Shown here in pieces: positions 62,129 through 64,000 of a DNA stretch of 64,000 bases. How positions within the stretch are numbered: position 1 is the first letter of the stretch; each line of letters opens with the position of its first letter. The notes below the pieces were generated by a model. That model ran no database searches, was not told the DNA's origin, and saw only the letters and a program-made list of their open reading frames with translations. Origin of the DNA: Lama guanicoe (taxonomy: Eukaryota); NCBI GenBank assembly GCA_013239625.1, contig MU056050.1, positions 1,288,084 to 1,352,083 of the forward strand, read 5' to 3'. Made by a program: the position numbers and the translations under genes.

Positions 62129-64000
62129 TGCTTGGGGTTCATAGATATTTTCTTACCTACAACTTGATGGTATTCATCACTTTTGGAAAACTATTGGTGG
62201 ATACTATTCCAAATATTCTTCTGATCCATTTTCTCTCTTTTCTTCTTCGATTCTGTTTACACATATAATAGGCCTTTTGTATTTTTATTTTCTTCTCTGT
62301 GCTTCATTCTGTACATTTTCTACTGACCTACCTTCACGTTCACTCTTTATCTATTGCACACTGTATAATTTGCTGTTCAACGTAACTACCAAATTCTTAA
62401 TTTGGGTTATTTAAACTTTTAAATTGTTAATTCATTTTAATTTTTATTTCTAAGTTTCCATTTGATTATTTTTATTATTTATTTCTCTGTGAAATTTCCC
62501 ATCTTTCTGTCTACATTGTGGAAGACACTCATCATAGTTATTTGTAAGTTTATGTCTGATAACTTCAGTATCTGGATTACCAGTGGGTCTGTTTCTATTG
62601 ACTGCCTTTTCTCTTGGACTTAAGTCAGTTGGTCCTGTTTCATGCCATGCCTGTTAATTTTAACTGAATAGTAGACATTGTTCAAGAAAAAGTTAGAGGC
62701 TCTGGATCTCATTATTTTATACTTTTCTTCTTATAGGAAGATAGAGTATGGTCAAATTGCCTTGATCCTGTTGAGGCTAGTCTACTTAGATTTTGTCCTT
62801 CCTCTGGGATACATCCCTCTCAGAGTCTTAGAGAAAGCCTTGATCATTTACCAGGGTGCTTTGTCCTTTGCAGGTCCTAACGCTCTATTTTTTTGACTCC
62901 TTAATGCCATAACAGTGTGTAATCTCTGCTTAGCCTTTTCACCTCCTGCAGATACTTTTTGTTTGGTTTCTCAGAATAACCCTCCTTACGAGTAAAGTTT
63001 GGAACGTACAAGACTCCTTCAAGGGAAATTTGTATGTAGAATGTTAGATTTACTTTGCTGTGGTTCTCTTTTCTCTGAAATATTGGCCCTTAATTTATAG
63101 CTTTTTTTTTGGTAGTCCTAAATGCTAACATTTGTTTTCTAGGCCCAGTGAAACTGCTGCAAGCTCAAGAAATCTGCTTTTTGTTAGCATTCATGCTCCT
63201 TGTAAGAATTGGAAAATGTCTTAAAAGGAAGAAGAGCCACAGTTTTAGGGTTTACTTCAGTGTGCCTTCATCCTCTCTTGACCTTGATACATCGAGTCTT
63301 GGGGCCACTCGGATGTCTTTAAACAACTCTTTTTGTGTTTTTTATATATACTCCAATTTGTCTTCATTCTCCCTGTGAGCTTGACTGAAGTCTTGGGTGT
63401 GCTTTTATGCCTTCAAACCACTTTTTATTCTTAATATAACATTATGACTTTTCTTGGTGGAAGGGGTTGTTAGATACCTGCTACTCAATCTTCTTCAGAA
63501 GTACCTTTTGATACCTTCATTTTGAAGTCTCTTACTATTTATAGAAGTATAGGTTAACAACTATTTTCTTTTAGAACTTTGAAAATATAATTACACAATT
63601 TCAGTTAAGTTATCTACATTTGTACTTTTTGCTCCCTTGAAGCTAATATATTTTTTTCTGGCTGGATTTAATAGTTTCCCTTTCCTTTGGTTATTAGAAG
63701 TTCTCTAATGATATGTAGGTGTTGTCTTATTTGTATTCACATTCCCGGCATTTATAGAAGTTCTTTAATCTGTGGCTTAATTTCTTTTATCAGTTTGTAA
63801 TGTTTTCAGACAATACCTCTTCAATATTATTTCTGCTCAACATATGAATCTCCTGTTTGTCTATTTTTAGTGTGTAGTTTTTCTTTAATTTCTCAAATCC
63901 ATTACTTGTGCAAAGTTGGTTATATTTTATTCAAAGCCAAAGAATTATGTATAAAACTGTACATAATTTTGAGGTTCTGTATGATGTTTTCTTCCTCTAG

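Larger units (their letters stand above)
60175..64000 (-). mobile_element. Old L1ME/HAL1-type LINE remnants (ORF2 5' part, ORF1, 5' UTR and a second ORF1-like piece from ~63500), split by an LTR
   Basis: tttatggcccagtatatggtttattttgataaatgccccatgtgcacttgg; tcagaagttttaccttgatgtac; tgataacttcagtatctggattaccagtgggtctgtttctattgactg. Runs off the end of the window. Confidence 0.7.

Noticed and set aside
60493..63378. Several 70-126 aa hydrophobic ORFs resembling membrane proteins
   Set aside because: Artefacts of T-rich antisense L1 and LTR16 sequence (F/L/I-rich codons).
1..64000. A novel multi-gene system (prokaryotic defence, CRISPR, or endogenous viral coding element)
   Set aside because: No ORF exceeds ~126 aa, there is no operon-like layout, no repeat-spacer array and no recognisable gag/pol/env or non-retroviral peptide; the sequence is ordinary mammalian repeat-rich DNA.

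Overview
AT-rich, CpG-depleted placental-mammal genomic DNA, intergenic or deep intronic. I recognise no protein-coding gene, RNA gene, CRISPR array or prokaryotic/viral system, and the supplied ORFs are chance ORFs or decayed LINE-1 sequence. Roughly half the window is interspersed repeats recognised by eye: large old LINE-1 (L1M-type) blocks mostly on the minus strand, L2 and MIR fragments, hAT DNA-transposon fossils (MER20, MER3, MER5A, MER58A, MER63, MER81, MER94) and several solo LTRs. Two young L1 3' ends of cetartiodactyl type, plus the absence of Alu, Bov-tA/BovB, PRE-1, CHR, CAN and ERE SINEs, suggest a camelid-like host (inference). Notable items: (i) a ~700 bp polyadenylated non-coding insert with a perfect 16-bp target-site duplication (TSD) inside an old L1, likely a retrocopy or orphan transduction; (ii) an ORF1-end/spacer-only L1 fragment with its own 17-bp TSD and no ORF2 or 3' UTR; (iii) multi-level nested insertions; (iv) a few exon-like segments and repeat-poor, CpG-retaining candidate enhancers. 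Subfamily names come from recalled consensus sequences and need RepeatMasker/Dfam confirmation; boundaries are approximate unless a TSD is given.
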